DNA of 64,000 nucleotides from Lama glama (taxonomy: Eukaryota): the NCBI GenBank assembly GCA_028534125.1, contig CM052817.1, forward strand, positions 91,948,001-92,012,000. The letters are read 5' to 3'. The stretch's first letter is position 1. Each line of letters starts with the position of its first letter. This document shows, piece after piece, positions 50,655 through 63,350 of the stretch. The notes beneath the pieces are model-generated. The model was not told the DNA's origin, did not search any database, and was given only the letters and a program-made list of their open reading frames with translations. The position numbers were made by a program, and so were the translations under genes.

Positions 50655-50680
50655 CCAAGGGGATGACCGTTTATAAATAT
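50566..50680 (-). promoter_or_regulatory. Candidate TATA promoter and short non-coding first exon (~50645 to 50566)
   Basis: Minus strand ATATTTATAAA (TATAAA 50675-50670), GA-repeat leader, consensus donor CAG|gtgagt at 50566/50565. Confidence 0.5.
50619..50650. repeat. (TC)n microsatellite
   Basis: Directly visible, about 16 units. Confidence 0.95.
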
Positions 50681-51444
50681 TTGGGCATAATTTGAAGTAT
50701 CCTGGTCAGCAGTTTCATGTGAGCAAAACAGCCTTGAGGAAAATGACTGAACAGAAGCTGTGGTAAAGCAGGAAAAACAGCCAACCTATGGCTTCGGAAG
50801 CCTGCCAGTCACCATAGAGCTCTGTTGCTATGATGTCACTCCCTGCTTGTTTGTTCTGTGGTGGGAACGCCGGGCGTTGCCCCATGTGTCCAGACGGCAC
50901 CTTCTGTTCTCCATGTTGTCCGTGAGAAGCTGAGAAAGAAATCAGCCTCTCCGGGTTCCCAGCATGTCAGTTCCATCTCTTCTTGGGTTGGGCATCTCTT
51001 TTCCTCCCTCATGGTCATCTTCATCTACAATATGTGAGTTCTCAGGAAGAAACTCAGATTTGTAAGTTTATAGAATCCTTTCCAACCCTCACCCAGCTTC
51101 TGGTGCCCCCTCTTCTGTTGCCTTTTTTTTTTTTTTTTCAGTGCTGGTCTTCTGTGACATAATGGGGCTGAACCGCAAAGACACTCTGATGGATCTTTTG
51201 GCTTGACAATAATGGTAACTAATCAAAAGGGGGAGGGAGCCTCAGAGGAGCTGTCCCACACTTAATTCTTAAGGTTTATTTTTGCTGTGTTTTAACAGTT
51301 TTTCCAGACAAGTATAATTTCTCTTTTCATGACTGGAGAGAACAGCAAAGTCTAAGTCCATTAAAAGCTTCCATTAAACTGCTGTTTACAAATCACCTCA
51401 GTTCTTTAGCTGTCCTGGCTTAAACTTACACAAAACAAGGACAG

Positions 51445-51606
51445 GAAGGGGCAAGAGAGAGCATTTTAGGGTAGTGGAAATTGTCTGCTATCTTGAGTCA
51501 GGTGGGGGTTACACGAGTGTATACATTTGTCAGAGATCAAACTGTACCCTTCAAACTGGTACACTGGTTGCCTGTAAATTTTATCTCAATAAAAGTGAGT
51601 TAAAAA
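51445..51606 (+). mobile_element. L1M 3' end fragment
   Basis: 'ggttacacgagtgtatacatttgtcaga...tgtaaattttatctcaataaaa'. Confidence 0.75.
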
Positions 51607-52666
51607 CTCCTGACTGACAACTCCCAACAAACGAGCTAGATCCTCGGATGGGGAAGTGAGATGAACATGTCCTTATCTTACCCTCTATTAAACAGGGGTG
51701 ATCATTTTCAAATACCACACATTCCTTGGAGAATCACCAGGCTCTGCTCTGCTCTCGGAGGAGCAATGCAGACTCTAAGGGTGTGCTCGCTGTTTGAACC
51801 TGTTCCTTCTCCGGCTGCCTCTCGGAGGCAGCTACTGGGTACACATTACTAAGCTGCAAGTCGCCTCCATTGGCAGAACTGCCTCTTCCCTGGGATTTAT
51901 GAACTCTGTCCATCCAAGAGCGCAATCCAGAGGAGGGCTCTGGAAGGGAGAGAAGACAAGAATCCTAGCCAAGGATGCAAATCTCTCAGGACCACCAAAG
52001 GCGTTGCCCTCCAACAAAAGAATGTTCGGAATGGACTCACTAATGTTTCATTACGAAGAGTGTTCCTAATAGTATGTGCTACCTTAGCTATGCCACAAGG
52101 GCACTGTGAGAATTAATGAAATAATGAGCCCCTGGTGCACTTTCCCAGAGAGAACGCCAGGCAAATCAGAACCATCAGCCTCCCCTGAGTGGGCATTTAA
52201 GGACAAAATACTTCAGCGGCTTTAGCTGCCTTCTCCCTGTTCTTTGTCCCTATTTTGGTAACTCTATTATGCAAACCTGGACAGAGATTTTGTGGAACTT
52301 GTCACTGAATGTGTATAACTTTTCAGCTGAACTTTCTCCAGTTCAGGATTTTATTACATGTGTGTGAGTCACAGAGCCCACAAGACTCACCATGAAACCC
52401 AGAGATTCCACCTACTTCCTGTCCCACCAGCCTCACCAAGTGATTTGTGTTAAGCTTCCTCCTGCTAAAAAGGATATATACTCTGGTTGTCTTTCTACCC
52501 TGGTGCTTTGGTCACGCTGCTCTTTTTCTCTGAAAGCCAATGGCCAAGGCCTTTAGAGGGCTGGGTAATAGCAGGGAATACATAAACACATTAATGCTAG
52601 AACTGTGAACCTGGTATTTTAATAATTTTGTTTATCTCGCTCCTGCATGTAGCATCACTGCTCCCT

Positions 52667-52701
52667 ACACACACACACATAACACACACACACACACACA
52701 A
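52667..52701. repeat. Interrupted (CA)n microsatellite
   Basis: Directly visible. Confidence 0.9.
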
Positions 52702-52714
52702 AGTATTTACTTCA

Positions 52715-54320
52715 AGAATAATTTAACTACTCAAAGCAATCTCCACACATTCAAAACAATCTCTATCAAAATTCCAATGGCATTCTTTAGCAATATAGGA
52801 AAAACAATCCTAAAATTCCTATGGAACCACAACAAACCCTGAATAGCCATATCAATCTTGAGAAAGAAAAACAAAACTGGAGTTATCATACTTTCTCACT
52901 TCAAAATACATTACAAAGCTACAGTAAGCAAAACAATACAGTACTGGCATAAAGACAGACATGGAGACAAATGGAACAGAGAGCCTAGAAATAAATTCAT
53001 GCATATGGGGTCAACACCTGCTATTTAACAAGGGTGCCAAAAATACACAATGGGGAAGGGATAGTCTTATCAACAAATGGTGTTGAGAAAATTGGATATC
53101 CATGTGCAAAAAGGTGAAATTGTTCCTTTGTCTTATACCACTCAAAAATCAATTCAAAATAGACTGAAGACCTAAAGACCCGGAACTATAAAACTCCTAT
53201 AAAAAGACACAGGGGAAAATTTTTCATGATATTGGTCTTGGTAATGATTTCACAGACCTGACACCAACAGCAAACATAGACAAGTGGGACTACACAAAAC
53301 TAAAAAGCTTCTGCACAGAAAAGGAAACAATAAACAGAGTGAAAAGGCAAACTACAGAATATAAGAAAATATCTGCAAACCATATATCTGATAAGCAGTT
53401 AATTTCCAAAACATGTAAGGAACTCCTACAACTCAATAGCAAAACTACTCATAACCTGATTAAAAAATGGGCTAAACACCTGAATAGACATTTCTCCACA
53501 GAAAACATACAAATAGCCAACAGATTCATGAAAAGATGTGAAGTGTCACTAATCATCTGGACAACATAAACCCCAACCACAGTGAGATATCACCTGACAC
53601 CTGTCAGGACGGCTCTTACCAAAAAACAAAAGACAACAAGTGTTGGCAATGATGTGGAAAAATTAGAACCTTTGCTCACTATTAGTGGGATTCAAAATGG
53701 TGCAGCTGCTATGGAAAACAGTATGCAAGTTCCTCAAAAAATAAAAAAAATACAACCACCACGTGATCAGCAATCCCACTTCTGGACATTTATCCAAAAG
53801 AACAGAAATCAGGATCTTGGAGAGATACCAGCACTCTCACGTTCGTTGTAGCACTATTCACAACAGCCCAGATGTGGAAACAACCTAAAGGCCCATCAGT
53901 GGATAAATGTATAAAGGAAATGGTATACACATAAAATGGAATACCATTCTGTCTTTAAAAAGGAAGAAATTCTGTAATATGTGACCATATGGATGAACAC
54001 TGAGGACCTTATGCTAAGTGAAATAAGCCAGTCATAGAAGGACAAATATTTCATGATTCCATTTATATGAGGTACCTAAAATAGTCAACTTCACATAATA
54101 AAGAGTAGAATGGTGGTTGTTAGGAACAGAGGGTGGGGAGGATATGGGGAGTTACTAATCAACAGGGGTAAAGTTTCAATTAAACAAGACAAATAAATTC
54201 TACAAGTCTGCTATAAAACACTGCACTTATGGTTAACAATACGTATTATACACTTAAAATTGTGTTAAGGGAATAGATCTCAAGTGTTCCCACCACAATA
54301 AAATGAAAATTTTTAAAAAG
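52715..54320 (+). mobile_element. 5'-truncated L1 (L1MA/MB-type): degenerate ORF2 C-terminus plus 3' UTR
   Basis: ORF remnants 'KISANHISDKQLISK...KKWAKHLNRHFS' and 'RYHLTPVR' are L1 ORF2 C-terminal motifs; stops and frameshifts; ends caataaaa. Confidence 0.95.
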
Positions 54321-54324
54321 TCAT

Positions 54325-54525
54325 GATTGTGGTTCCTTTCATTTGGAGTGCAGTAAGTACTGCAAGAGGGTGTAAGTAGAGCTTTTGGGTTTCTGGTAAC
54401 ATTCTATTTCTTGATCTTGGTGCTGGGGACAACGATGTGTTCATTTTGTGAAAATTCATCAAGTTATAACTTAAGATCTGTGCACTTTTCTGTATGTATA
54501 TTTCAATGAAAAGTTAAAAAAGAAT
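54325..54525 (+). mobile_element. L1ME-like 3' end fragment
   Basis: 'ctggtaacattctatttcttgatcttggtgctgg...tgtgcacttttctgtatgtatatttcaatgaaa'. Confidence 0.75.
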
Positions 54526-54755
54526 ACTTTAAATATTAATTATTTTAAAGTAAATTGACAGGTAAAAGAAAAAATGAGGACCAAGAAAATCTACAGGATA
54601 GGATTAGATGTTAATTATTTTGCTCTAACATGAAGTAATTTAAATTTTTTTTCACTTCTTCACACTTTTCAGAGTCTTAAAACTACTGACTACAGCTTCT
54701 AAAGTTATATGAGTAACTAACCCCACTCTACTCCGAAATCTTAGTATTTACTCAC

Positions 54756-54840
54756 CTAGACAGACTTAAAAATCACATGTAATTATTTTATTTTATTATC
54801 TGGTCACTACCTTATTTCTAATGATTGTGAATCACAGGTG
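54756..54840 (-). other. Candidate 85-nt non-coding internal exon
   Basis: Acceptor atatctttttag|cac and donor TAG|gtgagt; stops in all three frames. Confidence 0.35.
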
Positions 54841-54959
54841 CTAAAAAGATATGTGTATAGTAAGAATAATATTTACTAGCTTTAAGTAATAATATTAATA
54901 TCAATCAACACATATTTACAACATTAATCTTGTCCTTGAAAATAATATTAATGGAGGTT

Positions 54960-57000
54960 TAAAATGTAAGGGTTTATTTCTGGATTCTCAATTCTGTTCC
55001 ATATGCCTCTCCTTGCACCAATAACACATCTTCTTCAATATTCTGACTTTGTAAAAGTACATTTTGAAATACTATGTAGAGTAGAGTAAATCCTCCAGCT
55101 TTGTTTTATCTTTTTCAAAACTCTTTTAGCTATTTTAGGTCCACTGCACTTCCCTATAAATTTGAGAGCCAACTTGTTAATTTCTACAAAAAAAAATCTA
55201 GCTGGGATTTTCATATAGGAATTACATTGAAATTATAGATCAATTTGGGAGAACTGCCATCTTGACAATATTTACTTTTCCAATGTAAGAACTGGACCGT
55301 CTCTTCATTTATGAAAACCTTTAATTTCTTTCAGCCACATTTTATAGTTTCCAGTGTACAAGTCTTATACTTCCATTAGCTATATTTCTAAGGCTTTCCA
55401 TTTATTGATACATTTTTGGAATAGTATCAATTAATTTAATTTTAAGATTGTTTGCTGCTTGCTTATAAGAGAAGTTGAATGGTTTTTTTGTATATTAATC
55501 TTGTACCCTGCAACCTTGTTGAACTCATTTAGAAGTTCTAATAGTTTTGGGGAGTGGATTTTTCTACATACAAGATCACTGCAAATAAACTTTCCATTCT
55601 TGATTCTTTTCTTTTTCCCTTGCATTGTCTAGAACTTCCAGTATAATACTGAATAGAAGTGGCAAGAGCAAACACCCTTTCTTTGTTTCCTATCTTAGTG
55701 GAAAAGCATCTCATCTTTCACCATCCTGTACAATGTTATCACCTATAGGTTTCTGGAGGCGCCCTTCGGCAGGTTGAAGAAGTTCTCTTCTGTTCCTAGT
55801 TGGTTGAGAGTTCTTATCGTGGTTGGCTAATGGGTTTTTTCAAATGCTTTTTCTGCACCTACTGAGGTGAAATATGTTTTTTGTCTTTATTCTATTGATA
55901 CGGTATATTACATTAATTAATTTCCAGATGTTAAACCAACTTTACGTTAATGGGACACAGTTCCTATGGACCTCTTGTATTCCTGAGCATAGGTCACACT
56001 CTCTTCTTTCTTTGCATATCGCATAATATTTTGTTGAAAATGAACATTCAGGATGGATATATTGTAGCAATTCTGCATTATTATATTTTCCCCCTGAAGG
56101 TTTTTTTTGTTTCTGTTTCTGTTTCTGTTTATTTCTTGAGTTGTTTAGTAATTTGACTGGATTAATTCCATGAAACCTACCATCTCCGAAGTGGTGAGGC
56201 CACTGATGTCTCCTCTCTGTTTTATTTTCTTTTTTAAATTCTTGTTTTTATTTGTAATCCTGGTTTCCTTGTTATCACCCCAGTGTCTGCGTAGCTTAAT
56301 GGTTGGCCAATGATTTGACAGACACCATGATCAAATATCCTAAGCCAGTAAGACTTCCACTCTCTGCAGATGGATCTGTCTGTGGCTAGAGGAGCATGCT
56401 CAAAGTTCAGGTCATTTGCAAGTGGGTCTCAGCTTTGGCTCTCTACTGGGCCCTTCCATGGTTCCTCTATGCATGTGCTCAGCCTCAGAATTGGCCAGAA
56501 ATGCACAGATAGCTTGGCCCTCTGTTGTCTACTGCATATGTGGGCAGCCTCATTTAGAAATATGCTTACTGCAACCATGTCTGCAACTTCAGGATTACAG
56601 AGCCATTGGCCCTCCCCAACCCCCAGCCACCAAGATCACTATGTCCACTGACAATGCTGCTGGTCGTGAGTGTTGCCCACCATTCCAAATGGAGTTCTCT
56701 TTGACAGCAGCACCAGCCTGCTAGCTCTGATGGACTGTGGTCTCCCCACTACCAGAACCTCCATGACAACTGAGTAAGGGATGGGTGCAGCCCCAGAGAA
56801 GAGTCCCACAAACTCCCACTATTCTTAACAGAAGTTCAACAGTTTTTCTAGTATAAACATTTCTCAGATTGTTTTATGTTTTTATTCAACTCCCAGAGCA
56901 CTGAAATGATTGTTTTTGTTCATTTTGTCCAATTTGATACTTGCTTTTTTAAGGAGAGGATTTGTTGACCTTCTGATTTGGCATTGCCAGAAGTCCCACC
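54960..57000 (-). mobile_element. Old L1 fragments: ORF2 RT region (54960-55945) plus 5'-region pieces
   Basis: Minus-strand remnant 'KLLELLNEFNKVAGYKINIQK' is L1 ORF2; 'gaatagaagtggcaagagcaaacaccctt'. The 55950-57000 assignment is less certain. Confidence 0.8.
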
Positions 57001-58266
57001 CCAGGATTTAATTTTAAATGCTGTGGATACTACACAGAAACTTGGTACTCAGATTATTTATATCCCATCCAATATGATTTTTATAGTGTCAAATGTTATA
57101 CAGTTCTTTGTAGGTCTGATAAAGCATTTATCTTTTCAAGTGAATAAGGGCCAACTTGAAACTGCGGAATAAAAACACCACTGGTAAATTAAAGATTCAA
57201 GTCAAACCATTTGGGGTCCCAGTTCTGGATATACAGAACTCAGTAAATGGCCCTTGCCTCAGAGACGTGGATTTCCATCTTGAGGAGAAATGGCTTATTT
57301 TCTCCCATTTTTACGATATTTCTGCCTACTATGTTTCATCAGTCATTTATAACAAATGCTACATTAAGGATATAATTAAGGATTACTTAAAAAATATCTC
57401 CCATGAAAACATCCAATCATAGCTACATTTTACTTTTTAACATGATCTTCTTTAAAGTGGGTTTTCCACTTAATCTCGAGGAAGCATCTGATGGAGATGT
57501 TCATGTTAAGCAGCAATACTATTTGATTAATATATTAAAACTGTCACGGTCATCTTCATTTACCTCAATAAAGACGGTTCATTACTTTCAGCAGCGCTTT
57601 ATTGCTATATGTCTGAAATTATGAGAGAAAAAGAGCCAACAAAGCAGTAGAAGATCTGTAACCTCTATTCCCTGTCTCTGAAATAAAAAAACAACACAGC
57701 ACTTCCCATGGCATGATTCAACCTGGGAATAAAAAGAGCTTTGCCAGCCTCAACTAAAACTCACCACAGCTGGTGAAGTTAAATTCAATACCAGCCCCTT
57801 AAAGGAAGATAAACGTATTTGCCTGAGATCATGTAACAAATTGGTACAACAACCAGAAAAGTAGACCAGAATGCTTGTCCTTTAATCACCATGTCCCAGT
57901 CTCTCTCTACTTACATCAAAACCAAACTGTAGGGCCAGTTACTCAAACCTTTATCCCAGCAACACTTCTGTTTGAGAATGCTCCTAAAAAAGAAAGAATG
58001 GTGGTGGGGAAGAGGACAGAGATTGCGTCAAAGACCCAGCTGTGTTAACAGCCCTCAATGGAGAAAGAACCAAGAATTAAAATACTTGGTCTTCTTTCCC
58101 TTCCAATGTAACGCATGTATGATCACAAAACAAAATCTCAAATAAACTAACAAAACACAGATTGATTCTGCTGTTTCAGCCCAGAATGTACTGGATGTCT
58201 GTTAAATTTGTAACATCCTACTCCGATTTTCCCCATGAGTGGCTGCAGTGTTGGCCACCATCAGTT

Positions 58267-58412
58267 TTTTTTTTTTAATTTTTATGTGTTTTTTTTTTGG
58301 GGGGGGTAATTAGGTTTATTTATTTACTTATTTATTTTAATGGAGGTACTTAGGATTGAACCCAGGACCTCATACATGCTAAGCACACACTACCACTGAG
58401 CTCTACTCTCCC
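58267..58412 (-). mobile_element. Camelid tRNA-derived SINE (Vic-1 type)
   Basis: Minus strand GGGAGAGTAGAGCTCAGTGGTAG...GGGTTCAATCC; TSD caccatcagtt / caccaccagtt (58256-58266, 58415-58425). Confidence 0.9.
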
Positions 58413-61072
58413 TGCACCACCAGTTCTCACCATGTTAAAACACCTTTTCAGAGCTTCTTCTCTATAATGAAACCACCTTAAAGGTTTCAAATGCTTTCTC
58501 ATGGGGGATGTTATCCCATGTATGCTGATAACTGTTGTAATACTCATTTAAGAAAGGTAGGGAGCAGATATAATTCCAATGAAAGGAAAGCCAAGAGCTT
58601 AAAAGGTAAGAAAGAAAAAAGATATTCTCAGAGTTCTTAAGTAGCTAAGTGACAAGTCAAAGTTGCTAAGGTTGGTCCAGGGCTGTGTCTAGAAAGCTGG
58701 GTTGCCCCCTGTCCTAAGTCCTTATAAGAAATGGGTCAAAATTACAGCTGAATACAAAAGCCAGATGAATACTCTCACCTATTTGCATATCCATACACAC
58801 ACATACAAACCTCTTGATTCATCAAACGTATTATTTTGTGTATTAATTAACTCAGCAATGTTTCCCAATTTATCCAGATAATTCTACAGACACCACAATA
58901 AGCCTTGCCCCATATACGAGGATTTATTTGGATAATGAAATCTGTATTTGCCTCACAAAAGTTTATCACTATTTAATCATATCCTGGACTTAAAAGATAC
59001 TGTCAGTCTACATTGGGAGCCATTTTCCTTTTCAAAGAAACAACAAAACCAGGTCACACTTGGACTACCATGCCTTTTTCACAACATGGTAAGATGAAAA
59101 TCATTCAAATGAACACGATTGTTTTTTCTCTACCTGAAATCTGTTCTGCTGGACTTCTAATTACATTTGGAATAAGTTTAAAATCTGAAAACTTATTCCA
59201 GTTGAGGCCTGAAGTGGGAAAACTTACACAGAAGTAGAAGCAGAAAACACAAATCATGATTTTTAATAAGTCACAATGGGAAAGGGTAAGATTAGTCAAC
59301 TTCCTATCAAATTTATTTTCATGATACATTTGTAAATATTCAGAAGACATTAAAACTTCAAGTTCCACCGAACTATAGATTCTAAATACTAGACTTCAAC
59401 TCCAAAGACCCAGGACCTGTTGTCATTATCATTAATTATTTATTAAGCTGCAATGCAGCCCTAACACTGTGTCATCACATGGCTGCCCGTAGGGAACTTA
59501 GACTCTGGAGTTGGGTCAGAATATTCACACAGCATAGAAAACCGAAAAAGCATGGACATGGTTACACGTATCCCTTGATTTGCTTACTAGAAATACCCAA
59601 CCCGTCTTGGCAGAGAAGTACTTGTGTGTATTAGAACTCCTTTTCCAATTATACAGTATCCCTTGTCCTGCAGAAGTCCCAGCCGTCCTCCTGGCAGCAG
59701 CGGTCCCTTGAGCAAGCACTGCAGAACCAGGTGGAGATGCTCCGTGGAGGCACTGGGAGAGTAGTGCAGGGACACAGTACCCAGCTCCAACGCAGGACGA
59801 AAGATCTGGGTGTCCAGGAGCCTGGGCGCTTAATAACACAATCTGACTACGTTGATGCTTTGACTGACCAACTCTTTCTCAAAACTCCTCTCTGTAAATT
59901 TATATGAGGCTTTAGGATTCTAGAGCTGGAAAGAACTTTGCATGGGAGTCAACAGGAGTTAATAGGTTTTCTTAAACTGGCATTAGCCAGGACTTGATCT
60001 CCTGCCCCTGGGTCTGCCCTGTTTTGATCTTGCCACACTAGGTTGGGGCACATTTGGAAATGACGCTAGCATTGCTTCTTTGGGAACATGGGTTAGGGCT
60101 GGGTTACCTAAGAGAAGATTTTAGGAGGAGCTCTTGGACAGAGTTCTGGATACACTGGGAGGGAAGTAGCTAGTGAAAGAAAAATACAGGACAAGACCTT
60201 GGGTATAAGGAGAAAAGGTGTTAGTTGGTGTCAAGGGGTAGGAGCTAGGTCAGGGGGCAGTGCAGGAAACAAGCAGAAACAAGAACTCTGGAATGGCCGG
60301 GGCCACGGGACTGATGCTTGTAAGGCAAATGTGACTAATCTCAAATAGTTTAGAAGGGCTGTGAGAAACACAGGGTCTCATCTCACTGGCTTTGCCATAG
60401 AGGGCTAACTCCAGACAATGCTCTCTTTCAGTGTTTGGGAATAATATTTTGCCAGTGACACCTCTCAAAGGGGACGAGATAGTAGCATATACCTCTGAAA
60501 TAGTCTTCAAAGAGCACCAGATTCAAGGCCTAATGTGGCCACACGTGGCCTCTGTGTCCTAGGAAGCGTCCTGAAGCATCCTCTCAGCTCAGTTTCCATA
60601 TCTCTAACAATCAGGAATTGGCTCCTTGAATTAAGTCTGCCCCAGCTTATAGAATTTCTATATGTGGCGTGCTTCAAGTTTCCCCCAAGGAAAGTTTTTG
60701 TGTCGATTACAAATGGCTTTAAGAGCCTTGTCAACCCATCCTGTCTCCCCTTGTTGTTTTCCTCCTCAGCACAAGCAAGAGAATCATTTAAAAAGCATTG
60801 TGAGCTACAGGTAATGGGCAGAAGAGAAGACAGGGTCTGTAAATGAGCTCTTTAGAGTCAAGCCCCACCAAGCCGCTGTTAATGCTTTACATCAGCCAGA
60901 ACGCGGGTCTGCGTATTTATTTCAGAAGACTTTCTGAACATGTACCTGGCTATTTAAAGTCACCATCCATTTGTTGGCACATTTCATCTCTTATTAACAA
61001 CGGCACAGAAGCCAGGGTATGCTGACAGTTCTCCCAGTACCCCAGAATACTGGGGAAGGGGGTGTTACTCAC

Positions 61073-61135
61073 CAGCCTCGTGCTTTTACTTATTACTGAT
61101 GTGCTATTTAACGACCAGCACCACCCCTTTATATA
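61073..61135 (-). promoter_or_regulatory. Candidate TATA promoter and ~30-nt first exon
   Basis: Minus strand TATATAAAGGGG (TATATAAA at 61135-61128), CA initiator position near 61102, donor CTG|gtgagt at 61073/61072. Confidence 0.5.
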
Positions 61136-61266
61136 TTTTTCACTATAAACTGTTATATCAAGAACATATAACTCCCAAATCCACACAGGCACAACCGTCA
61201 ATTTTAAAGGCATCATATCTTGTGTCCTGCTTCTTTGGAGGCTGGACTTTTTGAGCGTTTACTTAC

Positions 61267-61620
61267 TAAAATCCTCTCCAATCACTTGAATCATAAAACC
61301 AGTAAAGGGAGGTAGGGACCCGTTGTGGGGGGGTGAGGGGAGTAGCGGGAAGAGAAAGAAAGAAAATGGGATGAACAGAGGCTGAGGGAGACTGGCTACG
61401 GAGTGGAGTGTGTGACACAAGCTGAGCTACCCACCGCAGACAAAGAACACCAGGCGACGGAAGGGAGACAATGACGGCTGAGAGCAAACGCAGAGCGCGC
61501 GGGGCTGGCAGGGAAGCCCCCCGCGCAGCCCCCTCCGCGATCCCGCTCGCTTAGTGCCAGCTGACGGGCTCCCAGCAGCTGCTCCACGGCGGAGAGACTA
61601 ACACAGTCACTTCCTGGCTA
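61267..61620 (-). promoter_or_regulatory. CpG-rich promoter and candidate first exon
   Basis: 18 CpGs counted in 61399-61591 in an otherwise CpG-depleted window; ETS motif CCAGGAAGTG (61617-61608); donor TTA|gtaagt at 61267/61266. Confidence 0.6.
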
Positions 61621-62693
61621 AAAGGATTTCTACCGTTTTAATTAGGGTTGGTTTGTTTTTTTTTTAAGGTAAGAAATAACACCTCTCCATTCCCACATGC
61701 CCCAGACACATCTGTATTTTCAACTATCCAAACAACGACTTTGGTTTCTTTAAGAGTTGGGAATTGCTTGTGAAATAAATAATTAAGAGGAAAAAAGAAG
61801 TTCAGCAAAGTAGTCCAAATCTGTGCTCCTCTGAAGAACACCGGGGAAATTATGGTTCTAAGTGTAACACGGAGACAGGGGCTGTTAATGCCTGTAAATT
61901 AATCTTAACTTAATGGTGTCACCACCCTTTGTCCTGTTTAGCTATAGTGACAGACAATGCAGAGGAGTAGAATTTCTAATATTTCATCTCTCCTCTTTCC
62001 CCAGAAATATCTGGAACAGGTTAAGTCACTAGAAATTGACTAGAAATTCCTAGTCATCCTTGACAGAAAAAGAACTGGGGATTTCACAAGTAATGTGTGT
62101 AAAATCTTCCTTAACCTAGAAAACATTAGGGAGAAAAATCGACTCAGAACTGAGATCTAAAACCAAAACATGAAAAAGAGGGAAACAGTGCAGCTGCTTA
62201 ACAGCCACACTAGGAGGCTGGGAACACGATCACCTCACCACAGGACTCGATCTTTCAAAAACCACTGTCTGTTTACAAACAAAGCACTTGCTAAATAATA
62301 CACCAGGTAACAGCTGATGGCAGGAATAGGGTTTGCTCTTTTAAATAACAACAGATTGGGAAAAAATAATTCAATGCCATCAGACAACAAATTAAAATGA
62401 ACCCTCTCCTCTCCCTCCTCATGGAAACATGTGGCTCTAGCTGGGAAAATTGATTTCCACCCACCCTCCATTCTCCCAAAAGGAGATTAGAGAAAACAGA
62501 AAAACATACATTCTGGAGATGAATTTCAGTAATGAGCGCTCTAACCATTCATAGGGAGATACGCTCCTATTTCACAGGTCTTTGAAAAAAATTTTTAACG
62601 TGCACACGTGAGTCAAACAGTCTGCAGTAAAATGCATTTAATGTTTGATTGTTTTTATACACTGCAGGAGGGAGCTGAAGACTTGTCACTCAC

Positions 62694-62778
62694 CTGATGA
62701 AATCTGATCTCTCTCAAATCAGCTCACCCTACCGTGTTAAAGATGCTACTGCTGTGACATAATTCAACCTCAAGACAT
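62694..62778 (-). other. Candidate 85-nt non-coding internal exon
   Basis: Branch-like CTGAC plus tgtttcccacaag| acceptor, donor CAG|gtgagt; stops in all three frames. Confidence 0.45.
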
Positions 62779-63264
62779 CTTGTGGGAAACACAGGTCAGT
62801 TTTAAAGCAGCAGGTGGGTAAACAGTCATTATTTAGTCACCTGACCTTGAATTTTAGGGGTTGTTTACTCCATCTTTTGCTTAGAGGCTGCCACTTGAGA
62901 TCACGTGCCATGCAAGGGTTTTCCAAGTTTAAGTGGACTTTATAAAATAAGCTGACTTTTTTTTTTTATCAGAGCAAATGAGGCATCAAAAAATATTCTT
63001 CTGCCTCATTCTTAATTCTAAGGTGCTAACAGGGAGAAGAAGAGAAGAAGGAGGAGGACCTGTGGCCCTCCCCTCTCCTGAGTGGTATTTGTGTGAACAA
63101 GACCTAATGGAAGTACTTCTGTTGACCTCTAACAGGCAAACAATTTCCGGGCCAACTTTGTATCCAACCATAGCTGGTGATGAATTGAAAATGACATTCT
63201 ATATTCTTCTATCAAGTTAATACAATAAAACAGGTAGTAAGAATAAGAGCAAATACGTACACCT

Positions 63265-63350
63265 GTTTTACCCTCTGCCAGACCCTAAGTGCTTAGCATA
63301 TATTAACTTATTTAAGCCTCCCAACAACCCCCTGAGGCAGGTGCTGTATA
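63265..63350 (-). mobile_element. MIR fragment
   Basis: 'tattaacttatttaagcctcccaacaaccccctgaggcagg'. Confidence 0.7.

Noticed and set aside
50786..51024. Minus-strand 62-aa ORF after attgtag| with donor TAG|gttggc
   Set aside because: Weak acceptor and donor, internal stop codons, unrecognised peptide
53339..53851. ORFs with protein-like composition
   Set aside because: Broken L1 ORF2 remnants, not a host gene or an active element
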